Part shown: positions 1 to 16,248 of the stretch, in pieces
Numbering within the stretch: position 1 is the stretch's first letter
How the letters are laid out: each line of letters starts with the position of its first letter
From: an uncultured Methanosarcinaceae archaeon
GTDB lineage: Archaea; Halobacteriota; Methanosarcinia; Methanosarcinales; Methanosarcinaceae
Direction: 5' to 3'
Assembly: GCA_963721455.1 (NCBI GenBank)
Contig: CAVRJG010000003.1
Location: 32,001-96,000, forward strand
Length of the DNA stretch: 64,000 nt
Made by a program: the position numbers and the translations under genes
The notes under the pieces: generated by a model
What the model was told of the DNA's origin: nothing
The model's input: only the letters and a program-made list of their open reading frames with translations
The model's database searches: none

Positions 1-3
1 GAT

Positions 4-1017
4 TTGATCCGGATAATAGCGATATTTGCAGTGGTGGCAATCCATGTCGACAATTTCGGATTTGCCTGGAATAAAATATCATGGATAGACTGGTGGATGT
101 CTAATGTATATAATGCGATGATACGTTTCGCGGTTCCAATATTATTCATATTGAGCGGTTACCTATTATTGGATAAGCAGGAGGATGACCGGATCTTCTT
201 TTCAAAGAGGTTTAGCAAGGTCGTTATACCTCTAGTTGCATGGTCAATGATATATATGGTATTCGCAAACAATTATAATATATTTAGTATATTTACCGTA
301 GATTTTGTGCAAAAATTCCTGTCTAATAAAATCTTTTATCATCTCTACTTCCTCTACTACATCATCGGATTATATCTCATCACGCCGTTGTTACGCAGGA
401 TCTTAGCGCATGCAAACATGTCTGACATCCGTTATTACCTAACATTGTGGTTTTTATTCACACCTGTCAACCAGTTAATAGGATTTTTCGGATACAATAT
501 TGGGATACCCGTAGAAGCCGCAACCGGGAATCTCGGTTTATATATCATTGGTTATGCTATCAAAAAAACCCAGATAACTGACAAATTAATATATTTGTCG
601 GGTGTCATAGTTGCTACTTCATTAATGATTATGATCTTCGGGTCTTATATTATGAGCATGAATAGCGGAAAATTCGATACGTTTTTAACTTCGACAAGTA
701 TAACACAAACAACATACGCGATATGTTTGTTCATCTTGCTCCGGAAAGCCCTGGACCATATGACATTAACAACGTCGTGCATGAATATAGAAAACATTAT
801 AAGTGCTGTTGCCGAAGCTTCCATGGGAATATACCTCGTTCACCCAATACTATTACATTATATACAGCATGGGTTATTTGGTGTGTTTTTATTATCTCCG
901 TCTTTTCTGAGCCCGATAATATCTGTTCCGCTGGTTACGGTCTTATTGTTCGTCGTTTCTCTGATCATTATAATAATAATGCAGAAAATACCTTTGATCA
1001 GGAAAATTGTGCCCTGA
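4..1017 (+). CDS. Acyltransferase family 3 (WecH/OafA-like membrane O-acetyltransferase), probably 5'-truncated by the window edge
   Basis: RIIAIFAVVAIH, AVPILFILSGYLL and SMGIYLVH motifs; about 10 hydrophobic segments. Confidence 0.85.
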   Translation: MIRIIAIFAVVAIHVDNFGFAWNKISWIDWWMSNVYNAMIRFAVPILFILSGYLLLDKQEDDRIFFSKRFSKVVIPLVAWSMIYMVFANNYNIFSIFTVDFVQKFLSNKIFYHLYFLYYIIGLYLITPLLRRILAHANMSDIRYYLTLWFLFTPVNQLIGFFGYNIGIPVEAATGNLGLYIIGYAIKKTQITDKLIYLSGVIVATSLMIMIFGSYIMSMNSGKFDTFLTSTSITQTTYAICLFILLRKALDHMTLTTSCMNIENIISAVAEASMGIYLVHPILLHYIQHGLFGVFLLSPSFLSPIISVPLVTVLLFVVSLIIIIIMQKIPLIRKIVP

Positions 1018-2090
1018 TTTTGACCTTGATTTTTTAATTTAGGTATAACTATATAATTCTATAAATCCGAACCTTAAATTAATGAGAATTCCGATAAACC
1101 CCCTATGCTCAAGAGTATAGGGAGCTTAAATCTCTCCTACATTCGGCAGCAGATGCTCCCAACATACATAAATTTTTGATTGCACTTTTTTGGTGAGAAA
1201 TCTAAAAATCAATGTCATGTGGACTAACTTTCGAACGGGATTTGTTATTCCCCCATTTACAACAATATAAATTTACGAATATATTGTCAACATTTAGAAA
1301 ATGCATATAATGACATAATTTTAGAAGTCTTGAGAAAAATCGATATCAGTAAAAAATGAAATGAATTTTTAAGTTCACCTGCCGAAAGCAGGAAGTATGG
1401 CCTTATTTCTATTTAATCTCTCTACTGATTACCTCGAGGATTTCGAGTATGGCTTTTTTATTGTGACATTTCAGACATTGACACCGTGGCTTATTTTCTC
1501 CAGATCCTTTATTCCCTTCTAATCGATTAGATACTCAATAATAACCTACTTTCAGCAGGTAACTTGTTTTTTCCGAGTATTTTTCTGATAGCGTTTTTGC
1601 TGGAAAACACATTATCCTTGATACTGAACATTATTGCAAAAATGGTTCATTGTTCATATACGTCGTGAGATTTGGGCAATATGTTAACCAGTTTTATCCC
1701 TGATAATAGTTACACAATGTTTAAAAAACGCAATCGATAAATATACTTAAAGTCTAATGTCGACCTGCCGAATATAGTAATAAGCTTTTTAAGCCACTCC
1801 TAAGATGAAGTAATGTAATATAGGACAATTTAATATTTTCATATCTGAAAATTAATATATGCCACAGAGTCAATAGAAATTACAAGGAATGAAAACGATC
1901 TGGGGAATGATATCGGGGGAGAAGTAGGAGCTTGTAGATTCTATTCCTGCGCTTGAATACTCAAAAAGATATTGATTTGTAGATTCAAATTTAGACTGAC
2001 GACGCCAGTTTAGAGAGGAATCCTACAGAGCCCAAATAAACAACCTTTGTATGCTACAATGTAAGAGAATCTATAGGAATTGGGGAAAGC

Positions 2091-4184
2091 ATGAAGAAGG
2101 GAGTAATATGTCTATTATGTCTATTCGTTTTTGGCATCGCACTAATTAACGCTTTAACTCTTGTAGCTTTTGGTTTTTCTGAAGCCTCGATGGGTACGAA
2201 CACCTCAGGACATGAGAATGAGAAGGCTATCGACCCTGAGGATATGAACCTTTCAGTAAAACCTGGAGACGACTTTTATGAGTATGCTGAGGGAGCCTGG
2301 ATAAAAAGCCATCCAGTGCCTGTGGACAAATCCCGATACGGAGAGACCGAGATAGTAGCGGACAGAACCTACGACCGCGTCAAAATAATCGTGGAGAGCG
2401 CAGCCAACAACACCTCTGCCCCCGAGGGAAGCCCCGAGCAGAAGATCGGGGAGTTCTACTGCGTAGGAATGGATAATGCCACCCTGGAAAAGCAGCGTCT
2501 GGATCCCATAAAAGACAAATTGAAGCTGATAGACAATATCTCCAACACTTCCGATATTCAAACCGTATCTACGCAAATGATGGATTATGGCATGGACCCC
2601 TTCTTCTCCATGTACGCCGCACCCGACAAGAAGAACAGCAAGGTCATGATCGCTACCCTTACTCAGGGGGGTCTGGGCCTCCCAGATAGAGATTTCTATT
2701 TCAGGCAGGACAACGAATCTATCAAGACCAGAGAGCAGTATCTGGCTCACGTTGCCAGGATGTTCGTCTATCTAGGCGATAGCCCAAAGGTTGCTGAGGA
2801 TAATGCCAGGACCGTGATGAGGATAGAGACCAGGCTGGCCAACGCATCCTTCACCAACGTGGACGACAACGATGAGATAAAAACATATAACAAAATGAGC
2901 CTTGAAGAGCTTGAGACCTTTGCTCCAGGCACGAACTGGTCTCGTCTCTTCAGCGTCCTGGGTCACCCGGATGTGGCCGAGGTCAACGTCAGAAACCCGT
3001 CCTTCTTTAAGGAACTGAGCACCGCCCTTCAGGACGAGAGCGTAGCTGACTGGAAAACCTTCCTGCGCTGGAAGCTGATCTTAGCCACGTCTCCCTATCT
3101 CAGCTCCGACCTGGAGAAGGAGCACTTTGACTTCTATGGGAGAAAGCTCAATGGCCAGCAAGAGATGGAGCCCCGCTGGAAGAGGGTCATCGATATAGAA
3201 AACCGGGTCATGGGTGAGGCCATAGGCCATGTCTATGTGGAAAGATATTTCGATCCAGATTCCAAGGCCAGGATGCAGGAGATGGTATCCAACCTTAAGA
3301 AAGCCTACAGGGAAAGAATTCAAAACCTGACATGGATGGAGCCTGAAACTAAGAAAAAAGCCCTCATGAAGCTTGAGGCCCTTGATGTCCAGGTAGGTTA
3401 CCCCGACGAATGGCTGGATTATTCAGAGCTTGAAGTGAAGAACGATTCATATGTCAATAATACCATCAGGGCCTCTAAATTCCAATTCCACCAAGGTCCC
3501 TACGGTCTGGACAGGATAGGCAAGCCCGTAGATCGCAAGCTATGGGAGATGAACCCACAGGAGGTTAATGCATATGCGGACTATAATAAAATCGTCATAG
3601 TCTTCCCGGCGGGCATTCTTCAGCCGCCCTTCTTCAACAAGGACGCCGATGATGCAGTCAACTACGGTGACATAGGTGCCATTATAGGACACGAGATGAC
3701 TCACCACTTCGATAGCCAGGGCAGGAAGTTCGATGCCACTGGAAATTTGACGGATTGGTGGACGCCAAAGGACGCCGATAACTTTGAAAAGAGCACGGGG
3801 GTTCTGGTGGACGAGTACAACAGGTTCGAGGTCCTGCCCGGCCTATACGTAAACGGCAACATGACCCTGCAGGAAAACATAGCAGACTTCGGCGGATTGA
3901 CCCTGGCCTACCACGCCTATAAGCTCTCATCAAAAGGAGAGTCGGAGACGATCGATGGATTGACCGGAGATCAGAGGTTCTTCTTAAGCTACGCACAGTC
4001 ATGGAGGGAATCAGACACGAATGAATACCTGAGGACGCTAACACTGACCGATACCCACTCGCCTTCCAGGTTCAGGGTCAACGGTGTGGTCTTCAACGTG
4101 CCTGAGTTTTACAAGGCATTCCCTAACGTAAAGCCAGGCGATAAACTTTACAGGTCAGAGAGTGAGAGGCCGGTGATCTGGTAA
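2091..4184 (+). CDS. M13 family zinc metallopeptidase (neprilysin/PepO-like) with signal peptide
   Basis: PGDDFYEYA, VNAY, GHEMTHHFD (HExxH), ENIADFGG, HSPSRFRVNG. Confidence 0.95.
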   Translation: MKKGVICLLCLFVFGIALINALTLVAFGFSEASMGTNTSGHENEKAIDPEDMNLSVKPGDDFYEYAEGAWIKSHPVPVDKSRYGETEIVADRTYDRVKIIVESAANNTSAPEGSPEQKIGEFYCVGMDNATLEKQRLDPIKDKLKLIDNISNTSDIQTVSTQMMDYGMDPFFSMYAAPDKKNSKVMIATLTQGGLGLPDRDFYFRQDNESIKTREQYLAHVARMFVYLGDSPKVAEDNARTVMRIETRLANASFTNVDDNDEIKTYNKMSLEELETFAPGTNWSRLFSVLGHPDVAEVNVRNPSFFKELSTALQDESVADWKTFLRWKLILATSPYLSSDLEKEHFDFYGRKLNGQQEMEPRWKRVIDIENRVMGEAIGHVYVERYFDPDSKARMQEMVSNLKKAYRERIQNLTWMEPETKKKALMKLEALDVQVGYPDEWLDYSELEVKNDSYVNNTIRASKFQFHQGPYGLDRIGKPVDRKLWEMNPQEVNAYADYNKIVIVFPAGILQPPFFNKDADDAVNYGDIGAIIGHEMTHHFDSQGRKFDATGNLTDWWTPKDADNFEKSTGVLVDEYNRFEVLPGLYVNGNMTLQENIADFGGLTLAYHAYKLSSKGESETIDGLTGDQRFFLSYAQSWRESDTNEYLRTLTLTDTHSPSRFRVNGVVFNVPEFYKAFPNVKPGDKLYRSESERPVIW

Positions 4185-4280
4185 AGTGATCATCGGAAGC
4201 CATTTTTGCCCGAATGGTATCAACTACAGTACCTATGAAGAAGTCATGAACCTATAAGGATAATATCACTGGTAGTCCGA

Positions 4281-5259
4281 CTGTCGCGTCAATCCTCAAG
4301 TATCGGATAAAGACGTGACAATTTTATCCTTGCATCTTCTATTGTGAATTGCCAATTAACCTTTGTATTTTTGTTGTTTCTGAACTTTTGCCAGGCGAAT
4401 ACTTCTTTCCTAACAGCCTCGATGTTATCCATTCTCCTTTTTAAACATTGACCTGTAAGTACATTCAATTCAATCTCTGCCATATTCAACCAGTTTCCAT
4501 GTTTTGGGGTTTACACAAACTCAAACCTATCCCACAATGCCTTTGCTGGTGGAAATATTTCATAGAGAGATCCTGGAATATGTGTGTTTGCAATCAGTTT
4601 TTTTGGGGATTCGTCCATACATATAACAGGATTTCGTGGATCAAATGGACGCTTATAAACATCCAGAACCATTTCCATATTTGCAACAAAGCTACTGTTT
4701 TGTTCCGGGGGAATTACCCATCCTTTCCTTTGCCAGGGTTTGATTTCGTTTTTTTAAAGTACGGCGAACTGTTTCATGAGAAATATTCTCGATATAGCCA
4801 AGTTCTACTGCCTGATCAGCCAACAATCGCAAAGACCACCTTGCAAAACCTTCAGGGGGTTTACTGCAACTAAGGGCGACTAGATGAGCTTCAAAATCAC
4901 CATCAACTTTTTTAGCATAAATGCGATCTCTTTTTTCCCCGTTGAGGGCAACTTCAAGACCTTCTTCAACAAATCGTTTTTTAACGCGGTCAATTTTTCT
5001 CATACTAATATTCAGGATACGTGAGATTTCTTCATTGGTTGAATGGTTAACATTCCATTCACTTTTATCACAATTAAGTAAGATCAGAGCATTGAGGATT
5101 TTTTGTGAGTTATGTTTGCCCTTTGAGGTAAGTTCACAAAGAGCTTCACGTTCATCTTTGGTAAGTGTCACAGTGTATTTATTCATAAGTAATCCTCCAG
5201 GATTCTTTATGAATAATATACAATATAATTTTTACGGCATTTTATTGTTGACACGACAG
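4281..5259 (-). mobile_element. IS630-family element, internally deleted and inactive
   Basis: Terminal inverted repeats actgtcgcgtcaa (4280-4292) and ttgacacgacagt (5248-5260). HTH ORF 4692-5186 shifts frame at an A-run. DDE part (CMDE ... WLNMAEIE) has an internal deletion and a TAA stop. Confidence 0.9.
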
Positions 5260-5334
5260 TAGAGAATCAGGATAATAAAGAAAAAAGAAACCATTTTAAA
5301 CATAAAATATGTACAAATTTCTGGGGTTGGGCAT

Positions 5335-5535
5335 TTGGTAGATCAAGAGAAAATTCACAACCAGTGTCTTAGCAACGATCCAGAAGAACGTATTAAGGCA
5401 TTGGAGCAGTTAACAAGTAATTTTTTATCACTGCCACATAAACAAAAGGAGTAGAGCGAGTTAATTAAACTCGCTAAAGATCAAGACTATTATGTGAGGC
5501 GGAGGGGCGCCGAAGTCCCTGGGTCTTTGTTCCTG
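5335..5535 (+). pseudogene. Remnant N-terminus of a Methanosarcina HEAT-repeat protein
   Basis: Translates MVDQEKIHNQCLSNDPEERIKALEQL...QKE*SELIKLAKDQDYYVRRRGAE, resembling the start of 41939..44674; TAG at 5452, then truncated. Confidence 0.65.
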
Positions 5536-5549
5536 AAAAGATGTGCTGG

Positions 5550-6035
5550 TCAGATATCAAAGTTAACCCTTAATACCTCACACTGTGGCATATTTTTAAT
5601 TTGTACGCCCTCCATTGTTCCTGTTACCTCCAGACTATCAAATTCGTTTGAACCGCATAGTACATCTTGATTCGGGTGCGTGCCAGGTGTGATATTGCAG
5701 CTTAGAACAGTCTTTTTACCAGCCGACACTACGATTGGAAGCCTTGGCGATGCAGGATGGTTCTTTGGAAGAACTATTAATGGTGACCTGATTTCCCGAA
5801 TCATGAAGAGAACGCATTTAAGCCCTTTCTCAGTTCTCTCATTCACCGAAAGCGCAGAAGCAACAATTAGGTCATGAGGTTCCAGTCCGAGTACAATCTC
5901 TTCGTTTTCAGTTTCCAGAAAGAACTGTCCACCCGGACCTACTTTAACAATAGCCACCGTTCCTGCCGTGCCGCGCAGGAGAAGCATTTCACTTTCCTTC
6001 AGTGAAATGTCTTTAGAAGAGGTCGATTTTTTCAT
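5550..6035 (-). CDS. Hypothetical protein
   Basis: Clean 161-aa ORF directly downstream of a small zinc-ribbon gene. Confidence 0.75.
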   Translation of the reverse strand: MKKSTSSKDISLKESEMLLLRGTAGTVAIVKVGPGGQFFLETENEEIVLGLEPHDLIVASALSVNERTEKGLKCVLFMIREIRSPLIVLPKNHPASPRLPIVVSAGKKTVLSCNITPGTHPNQDVLCGSNEFDSLEVTGTMEGVQIKNMPQCEVLRVNFDI

Positions 6036-6070
6036 GTTAAAAATAAGTATCTAAAAAATCCAGTTGATTA

Positions 6071-6226
6071 TCAGGATTCTGCTACATTTTTAGACTGGCA
6101 GGAAGGACACTTCACATTCTTGCCAATACCTTTGAATCTATTTCCACAGTCCTTGCATACATAGTCTTTAACCGGCAACTTTTCTTCCATATCGATATCA
6201 AACGCGTCTCCAACACTACACATCAT
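6071..6226 (-). CDS. 51-aa zinc-ribbon protein (not in ORF track)
   Basis: MMCSVGDAFDIDMEEKLPVKDYVCKDCGNRFKGIGKNVKCPSCQSKNVAES; CxxC...CPxC; GAGGT RBS at 6235-6231. Confidence 0.8.
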   Translation of the reverse strand: MMCSVGDAFDIDMEEKLPVKDYVCKDCGNRFKGIGKNVKCPSCQSKNVAES

Positions 6227-6628
6227 TATTACCTCATGGTTTTATCAAGGGGCTTACTATAATAATATAACCCACATATTATTACTAATACTTCTCCAAT
6301 TAATACCTTTCCATACATATCTCCGGGCAATTTCGGACCGCAGTTCTCCCATCAGGGCAACCATTTCCGCAAACCTGCAGAGAATTTAAAGGTAAAACGT
6401 ACCATGCTCGATTAGTTAAGTTATTCGGGCCTGGTTAGTCAGACGCCGAGAAAAGAAAAGCTATGTTGAAGAAGTGTGAGCTCGGAGATATAGACACCTC
6501 TCCATATAATGCAACATTTATATATTTATACTAACTATATTAATTTAGTTATGAGTTTGTAAATGTTTACTACTTCTGATATTGCCACGGCTATGTCGTT
6601 CCTGCAACAAAAATGGGCAGCTGAGACT

Positions 6629-7054
6629 TCAGGCCTTATTATTGGTTAAAAATGGTTGTTCGTCCATTTCTATCTTTGGCACTTCCAGGTTCTTCGTCAT
6701 ATTGTCATTTACTTTATCATATTGTTCAGCTGCACGAGCTAACCATCGCTTTACACTGGCAGGTTGTACCTCTGAAACATCGGCAATGGCTTCAATGCTC
6801 ATTCCTTTCATAGACATTTTTAGAGCTAAATCGATAGTTTTCTCATCTTTGCGAAGATCATGATAAAAAGTATCCGTATGGTCGCAAAATGCTTTGCCGC
6901 AGTGATGGCAAAGATATCTTCTTGTTTTTTCTCCACGACTTATGTAAGTTCCATTTCCAACAACATTACCTTGACCAGTAAGGCCATGGAGCTCACAGTC
7001 TTTATTCGGACAGGCAACGTCAGTAAATTGTGGTTTTGGACCTCTTTTCCCCAT
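6629..7054 (-). pseudogene. IS1-family transposase, truncated
   Basis: CPNKDC...CHHC zinc finger plus HTH; ends just after the IEMDE catalytic motif. Confidence 0.75.
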
Positions 7055-7353
7055 ATAACTCTATATGATTACTAATAAATAATATCAATCAAATACAAAT
7101 TGACCATCAATGAAAGTACTGAAAGAAGAATTGGATGAGTTTTGGGACAGACATATATTTGCACACAAAATGTCGCATTATTTAAAATAGTGACTATAGA
7201 TAGACATTCTTGATGACTGAGTTCGCCATATGTAATTTTTCCCGTCTGGACTGACTGCAAAAACTGGCTGAGATGCTCGCATAAAAAAAGAGAAGAGTGA
7301 CAGGGTTTGCCTGCCATTACTTTTTGCTAAAACATATCTGTATCTTCTTGGCG

Positions 7354-11518
<4,165 letters not shown>

Positions 11519-11915
11519 TTTACCACCTCGGCATTTTAATAGGAAGGTAGGCAACTTCCCAACCTTGCTCATTTTTGTTATCTGCTAACCCATTTCTACT
11601 TACAAAACAATTGTACTATGCTGACACTCCAATATGATAACCAAGCAAGTGAGTAACAGGGCAAACTTTTGGAGTTACATAATTTCTCATCCCCTGAACG
11701 AGAAGTAGAGTTTGTGTGACTTGCCCACGTTAGAGAAAGATGACCCAAGAAGCTCTGTATGGAGCAGTTCACCACATCGGCTTCAAATAAAAAAGGGAAA
11801 TTACGTTTCCTTTTTTTAACAGGCTTTTCTTTTGAAGGTTTTTTGATGTCAACCCGGTTTAATTTTCCCCGCATTGGTCAGTTTAAATATCTTCAAATTG
11901 ATATATAAATTTTAC

Positions 11916-12093
11916 GGCTCTTCGCTATTTTGAGTGGGTAACTTACATCCATTTCCTATATGGGAGGAGCGATGTATAAAATTTAGAATCATTTTTTGTT
12001 GAAAATCACATTCAAACTCGATGATTCTCATTTTGGCAGGCCAACTTTTCAACTGGACAACTATTTTCAACCCATACAAAACAGCGAAGAGCC
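11916..12093. mobile_element. MITE-like element, 178 bp
   Basis: Inverted repeats ggctcttcgctatttt / aaaacagcgaagagcc; near-identical flanks aattttac / aattttca. Confidence 0.7.
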
Positions 12094-12183
12094 AATTTTC
12101 AATTTTTCATGAATTCACTCAAAATTACTGGTAGAGATTTACCGTTTTTATACGCGGTTTCTTCCTTTCTTTCAGCCTGTAAC

Positions 12184-12319
12184 GGCAGTGTGTCGATTTT
12201 TATGTAAAATCATAAATCTCAAGAAGTTGGTAGTTTGAAAATCCAATATTGAAAGAATGGAATTATACTCAGTACACAAAAAATTAACTTTGAATTTACA
12301 TAAAAATCGACACACTGCC
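12184..12319. mobile_element. MITE-like element, 136 bp
   Basis: Perfect 25-bp inverted repeats GGCAGTGTGTCGATTTTTATGTAAA; no ORF; no target duplication seen. Confidence 0.75.
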
Positions 12320-12788
12320 ATTATCTATTGAGATAAAGGTCAAAATGCAGTAGTTTTAGGTAAAAATTACTGTACTTTAGGCTTAATAATATCCATTTTT
12401 TAAAAAGCCGGTTTTCTGCATCTGAAGCATTTAATTGTTATGCATTGATTCTGGTCGTCCATTTGTATTCAGTTGTTATTATTTCCCAGTAATCGAAATA
12501 ACGTTTACACTCATTCTTTTCCCATGTCTTTGGCGTTTGTAGAGCCATCGTATTGCAACAGCATCAAAACGCAATTAAAAGTCGCGTTTGGTATTTTATC
12601 CTGAAAACATCAACCATGTATCAGTGGACGACCTAAATTAATGACTAAGTTCGCCATATACAATTTTTCCCGTATGGACTGACTGTAAAAACTGGCTGAG
12701 ATGCTCAAGTAAAAAAAGAGAAGAGTGGCAGGGTTTGCCTGCCATTACTTTTTGTTAACACTGATCTTAAGTTTCGTGAGTGATGCTG

Positions 12789-15215
12789 TCACCTTGCGAC
12801 ATATATTGTCCTGCTTGCAACATTTGATTTGCCGCCATTGGTTGCAGTTAATTTCACAGTGTAAAACCCTGTAGTTTTATAGATGTGACTTGGTTTTGAC
12901 TCGGTGGTTGTTGCACTATTGTCTCCAAAGTTCCACTTTATTGAGGCTGCGTTGACGGAGTTATCTGTGAATTTAACTGTGAGGGGAGCACGCCCAAACG
13001 TAGGGGTTGCTGTGAAGCTTGCTTTTGGCTCAGCAGATGCCGCAGTGACGGTTATTGTCTTGCTTGCGGTGTTAGTACCATCTGCGTTGCTTGCAGTCAG
13101 GTTAGCAGTAAATGTCCCTGCAGTAGCATATGTGTGTTCAGGATTTTGAGCCGTTGATGTTGTAGTTCCATCTCCAAAGTTCCATTTCCATCCGGTCGGA
13201 CTGTTAGTGGATTTGTCAGTAAACTTCACAGTAAGAGGAGTTGTTCCTTCGGTCTTATTTGCAGTGAAGTTTGCAACTGGTGGCGTAGGTACACGGTTTA
13301 CGGTGATGTCCATTGATTTTTCATTGCTGTGACCATCAGCGTTTGTTGCAACCAGTGTAACTGTGTATGTTCCCGCGCCATTGAATGTATGTTCAGGACT
13401 CTGAGCGGTTGAAGTACTTCCGTCTCCAAAGTTCCATGCCCATCCGGTTGGACTGTTGGTAGATTTGTCAGTGAACTTCACAGTAAGAGGAGTTGTTCCT
13501 TCGGTCTTATCTGCAGCGAAGTTTGCAACTGGCGGTGTCAGTACACTGTTTACGGTAATATCCATTGATCTCACATCGCTGGAACCACCAGCGTTTGTTG
13601 CAACCAGTGTAACATGGTATGTCCCTTCACCACTGAACGCGTGTACAGGATTCTGCTCGGTTGAAGTACTTCCATCCCCGAAGTTCCACTCCCATCTGTT
13701 TGGATTGTTGGTGGATGTGTCAATGAACTTCACAGTAAGATCTGCAGTAAAGTATGCAACTGGAGCTATTAGTTCGGATTTTGAGGCATAAACCGTATTT
13801 CCATCCGGGCCTATGTTAATTCTGTTTCCGTTAGGTTCCGGTTCATTAGAATAGTCCGATAAAGGATCTCCGGCATTGATGCATGGGGAACTTACGCTGT
13901 CATTTACCCAACCGCTCCCGTTCCATCGCCCTACTTTTGACTTTAAATGGTAATCATGGTTGTTTCTGTCTGCATACTGCGGATCTGCCTGTATATCCGT
14001 AGATGATGCCTCTACATTCAAATAATCGCCGCCGGCGTTATTATAGAAACAATTGTTCTGTAAAACAAAGGAGTGGGTGCCTGTAAGTAAATTCGATATG
14101 CCAGCTCCGTTTCCTCCCGCTGATGAGGATTGGGTAGTGTTTGTTATAATGTTATTTCTCGCCGTAATGACATATCCTGAGCCATCCAGAGCTGTAGAAT
14201 ACACATTTTTCTGTACAATTCCAGCTCCACAGGCTCCATCGATCACGTTATTTTCAATGGTAACGTTGAATCCATCGGACACGATCCCCCCTATTTCTTT
14301 ACGGCTGGAGTTGGTTCCGGTATCGTAGATTTGATTATGATGGATATGGACATTTGCCGAAGAATTGAGATAAGATCCTGATCCGAAGATCCAGATTCCA
14401 GAAAGTACAGTCCTGTATATCGTGTTGTTATACACCTCAATATCATCCATTACAGATGTTCCGTGCTTCTGAATTTCGATTCCTGCACCTCCTGAGCCTT
14501 CAGATGTGATATTATTGTTGTAGAAACTCACGTGGTTTGTGTTATAAACTCTCAGTCCACTGTTTGTGCTGCAGGTTATCCTGTTATTGTAGGCTTCCAC
14601 ATACAAGCTGTTGGTGGCATATAGAACATCATGTCCCAGTAAATATGCCTCATTATCATGGAAGCTTATATTAGAACAACTTCTAGTTTTTAGGCCATCT
14701 CCACGGTTATTGGTCAGATACATATCGTGTACATCAATATTCTGACAATTGCTCAAGTTGATAAGGTTATAGTAACCGCTTCCGTCCTTAACGTTAGTGT
14801 TTCCTTTGCGGTTTCCATCAATTGCAAAACCCTTGATATTAATATTATGGTTTCCGAAGCTGTCCATTTGCGTAATTATAGATTTTTCTATGGGCCAGCC
14901 TGCGTTATCGGCTAATTTGATCACAGCTGTGGAGTCCCCTTCAAGAGTGGTGTTGTTGCCAATCAGAAGAGTATCGTCTATAACGTATGTGAATGGCCCT
15001 TTAAGGTGAACAGTTGTATAACTAGCGTTTTCAGCCGCGGACTGAAGGGCCAGGTTAATCTGCACGTGATCATTTGTTCCATTACAATTAAAATCGCCAC
15101 TACCATCTCCCGCAACGTAGACCATTGATGCAGGGGTCATACAAAAAGCAGTAGGAACGCTTATTAGCATATAGAGACACATAAGGAAAGAGAGCATTAG
15201 TTTTCGATTTTTCAT
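12789..15215 (-). CDS. Cell-surface protein: disaggregatase-related right-handed beta-helix plus 4 PKD domains
   Basis: Signal peptide; VYVAGDGSGDFNC..DHVQIN start typical of Methanosarcina beta-helix proteins; DYHLKS..SPCINAG; WNFGDG repeats. Confidence 0.9.
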   Translation of the reverse strand: MKNRKLMLSFLMCLYMLISVPTAFCMTPASMVYVAGDGSGDFNCNGTNDHVQINLALQSAAENASYTTVHLKGPFTYVIDDTLLIGNNTTLEGDSTAVIKLADNAGWPIEKSIITQMDSFGNHNINIKGFAIDGNRKGNTNVKDGSGYYNLINLSNCQNIDVHDMYLTNNRGDGLKTRSCSNISFHDNEAYLLGHDVLYATNSLYVEAYNNRITCSTNSGLRVYNTNHVSFYNNNITSEGSGGAGIEIQKHGTSVMDDIEVYNNTIYRTVLSGIWIFGSGSYLNSSANVHIHHNQIYDTGTNSSRKEIGGIVSDGFNVTIENNVIDGACGAGIVQKNVYSTALDGSGYVITARNNIITNTTQSSSAGGNGAGISNLLTGTHSFVLQNNCFYNNAGGDYLNVEASSTDIQADPQYADRNNHDYHLKSKVGRWNGSGWVNDSVSSPCINAGDPLSDYSNEPEPNGNRINIGPDGNTVYASKSELIAPVAYFTADLTVKFIDTSTNNPNRWEWNFGDGSTSTEQNPVHAFSGEGTYHVTLVATNAGGSSDVRSMDITVNSVLTPPVANFAADKTEGTTPLTVKFTDKSTNSPTGWAWNFGDGSTSTAQSPEHTFNGAGTYTVTLVATNADGHSNEKSMDITVNRVPTPPVANFTANKTEGTTPLTVKFTDKSTNSPTGWKWNFGDGTTTSTAQNPEHTYATAGTFTANLTASNADGTNTASKTITVTAASAEPKASFTATPTFGRAPLTVKFTDNSVNAASIKWNFGDNSATTTESKPSHIYKTTGFYTVKLTATNGGKSNVASRTIYVAR

Positions 15216-16248
15216 TTATCGGCCTCGGTTATTATTATACAAGTCAAAAAATATTTAATATAACTCGACACACTTTGAGAATATATGCAGCATGTAATCA
15301 TAATATACTGTAGTGGAATTTTGAGTCCGTGTCTGCGGTATTTTTCAAAGTTAAGCTGAGAGTTCATCCCAAAACTCGAAATTTGGTTCTTGAGCCTTGC
15401 ATTTCGAATAATCAATCAAGCTCATGATCATGAAAACAATCCTGAAAATTCTTGACGATTAAGAATAAAATGGCTTTTGGGATAGGCTTGATCAGAAGCC
15501 TTTCCCGGACTCCACCTACAGTATAAAAGAACAGATGTCTTTAAACAATATAAAAATTTTGATTCAGTTTAGATATGAGAAGAATAATCGGCTTTGTAGA
15601 AAACCTATCTAAACGGACATGAAATTCTTCGAATAACAGACATAAAAAAATGAAACTATTATTCACCTTAACTTTTATGACTATTGATTTCCTCATTACC
15701 TTGGGCAGTAAGGTTGTCCACATTTTGGTTTTTCAAAACCGTACCTAAACTAATCAGTGAATTGCCATCGAAGGCTCAAATGTGACTCTGCTCACGCATG
15801 CTAAATTGGCCTTTGAGGCAATTCCACTGCCCAAACAAATTTGGTGATCTAATTTGATTGAAGTCATAACCAAAGCTTGTGGTTTAGACATTCACAAACT
15901 CTTTTTCATTGCCACAATTCTCAGTAGATCCGGTGAAAAGCAGCAACAACTTTTGATAGAAACGATGATGGAATTTTAGCCCTTAAAAAATGGGTTACGG
16001 TCTTCCCGTTTGCAAGAGTTTATGTTACTGTACCGGCGCTTGAGAAAAGAAGATTGATGATTGAAGTTGCCGGAAAATTTATTCACAACGTTGTCGATAA
16101 ATCAGGAAAACTAGCTTATGTATTGATACGAAAAGTGAGTAGATTCTAACCTAAAAAGTAAAGAACCGTTTTTTAAAACCTTAAAATGAAGGTTACAAGA
16201 AAATGCTGGTATCCCTAATTTCAATACTCTATTTGTCTTTGTAAGCCT

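Noticed and set aside
5452-5454. In-frame TAG as a pyrrolysine codon in the HEAT remnant
   Set aside because: It falls at a conserved Trp position (TGG to TAG) and the homology ends about 80 bp later, so decay is the simpler explanation
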